Part shown: positions 63,935 through 64,000 of the stretch, piece by piece
Numbering within the stretch: position 1 is the stretch's first letter
Layout: every line of letters starts with the position of its first letter
NCBI GenBank assembly: GCA_002269645.1
Contig: NIVC01001908.1
Location: 62,001-126,000 of the forward strand
Origin: Macrostomum lignano
Taxonomy: Eukaryota
Direction of reading: 5' to 3'
Length of the DNA stretch: 64,000 nt
Translations under genes and position numbers: made by a program
Notes under the pieces: model-generated
The model's input: only the letters and a program-made list of their open reading frames with translations
Databases searched by the model: none
What the model was told of the DNA's origin: nothing

Positions 63935-64000
63935 CCCTTCCCCCTGCACCCACCCAGCTACACAGCAGTCGCCGCTGCACAATTCCAGCCTACCTAAGCA

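Noticed and set aside
63621-63982. (SIYL)n ORFs; likewise the (CLSV)n ORF at 10037-10612
   Set aside because: Translations of GATA and GACA microsatellites.

Overview
Eukaryotic, intron-rich genomic DNA with GC-rich exons, AT-rich introns and a different minisatellite in almost every intron. The style strongly suggests a free-living flatworm such as Macrostomum; this is inferred, not verified. Eight host genes can be read by hand: (1) the last exon of a MAP1/Futsch gene; (2) a 15-exon TTC24-like TPR gene (minus strand, ~989 aa, ending in a CaaX box); (3) a secreted PAN/Apple + Thr/Pro mucin + ALK/LTK glycine-rich-domain gene carrying an in-frame TAA; (4) a two-exon neuropeptide precursor encoding eight FRWamides; (5) an RRM + two-Tudor gene; and (6-8) a same-strand cluster of rpl39, coq10 and a degenerate calcineurin-B/CIB-like EF-hand gene that looks operon-like. 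Mobile DNA includes two tRNA-derived CORE-like SINEs, two CAAGG-ended foldback MITEs with 8-bp TSDs, RTE-type LINE relics, mariner relics, a FLYWCH MULE relic, a hairpin MITE family, and an unusual 2-kb A-B-A'-B' inverted insertion that splits a LINE reverse transcriptase. Most long ORFs in the supplied track are artefacts of tandem repeats. Exon boundaries were assigned manually from GT/AG sites and frame continuity; repeat boundaries are approximate.
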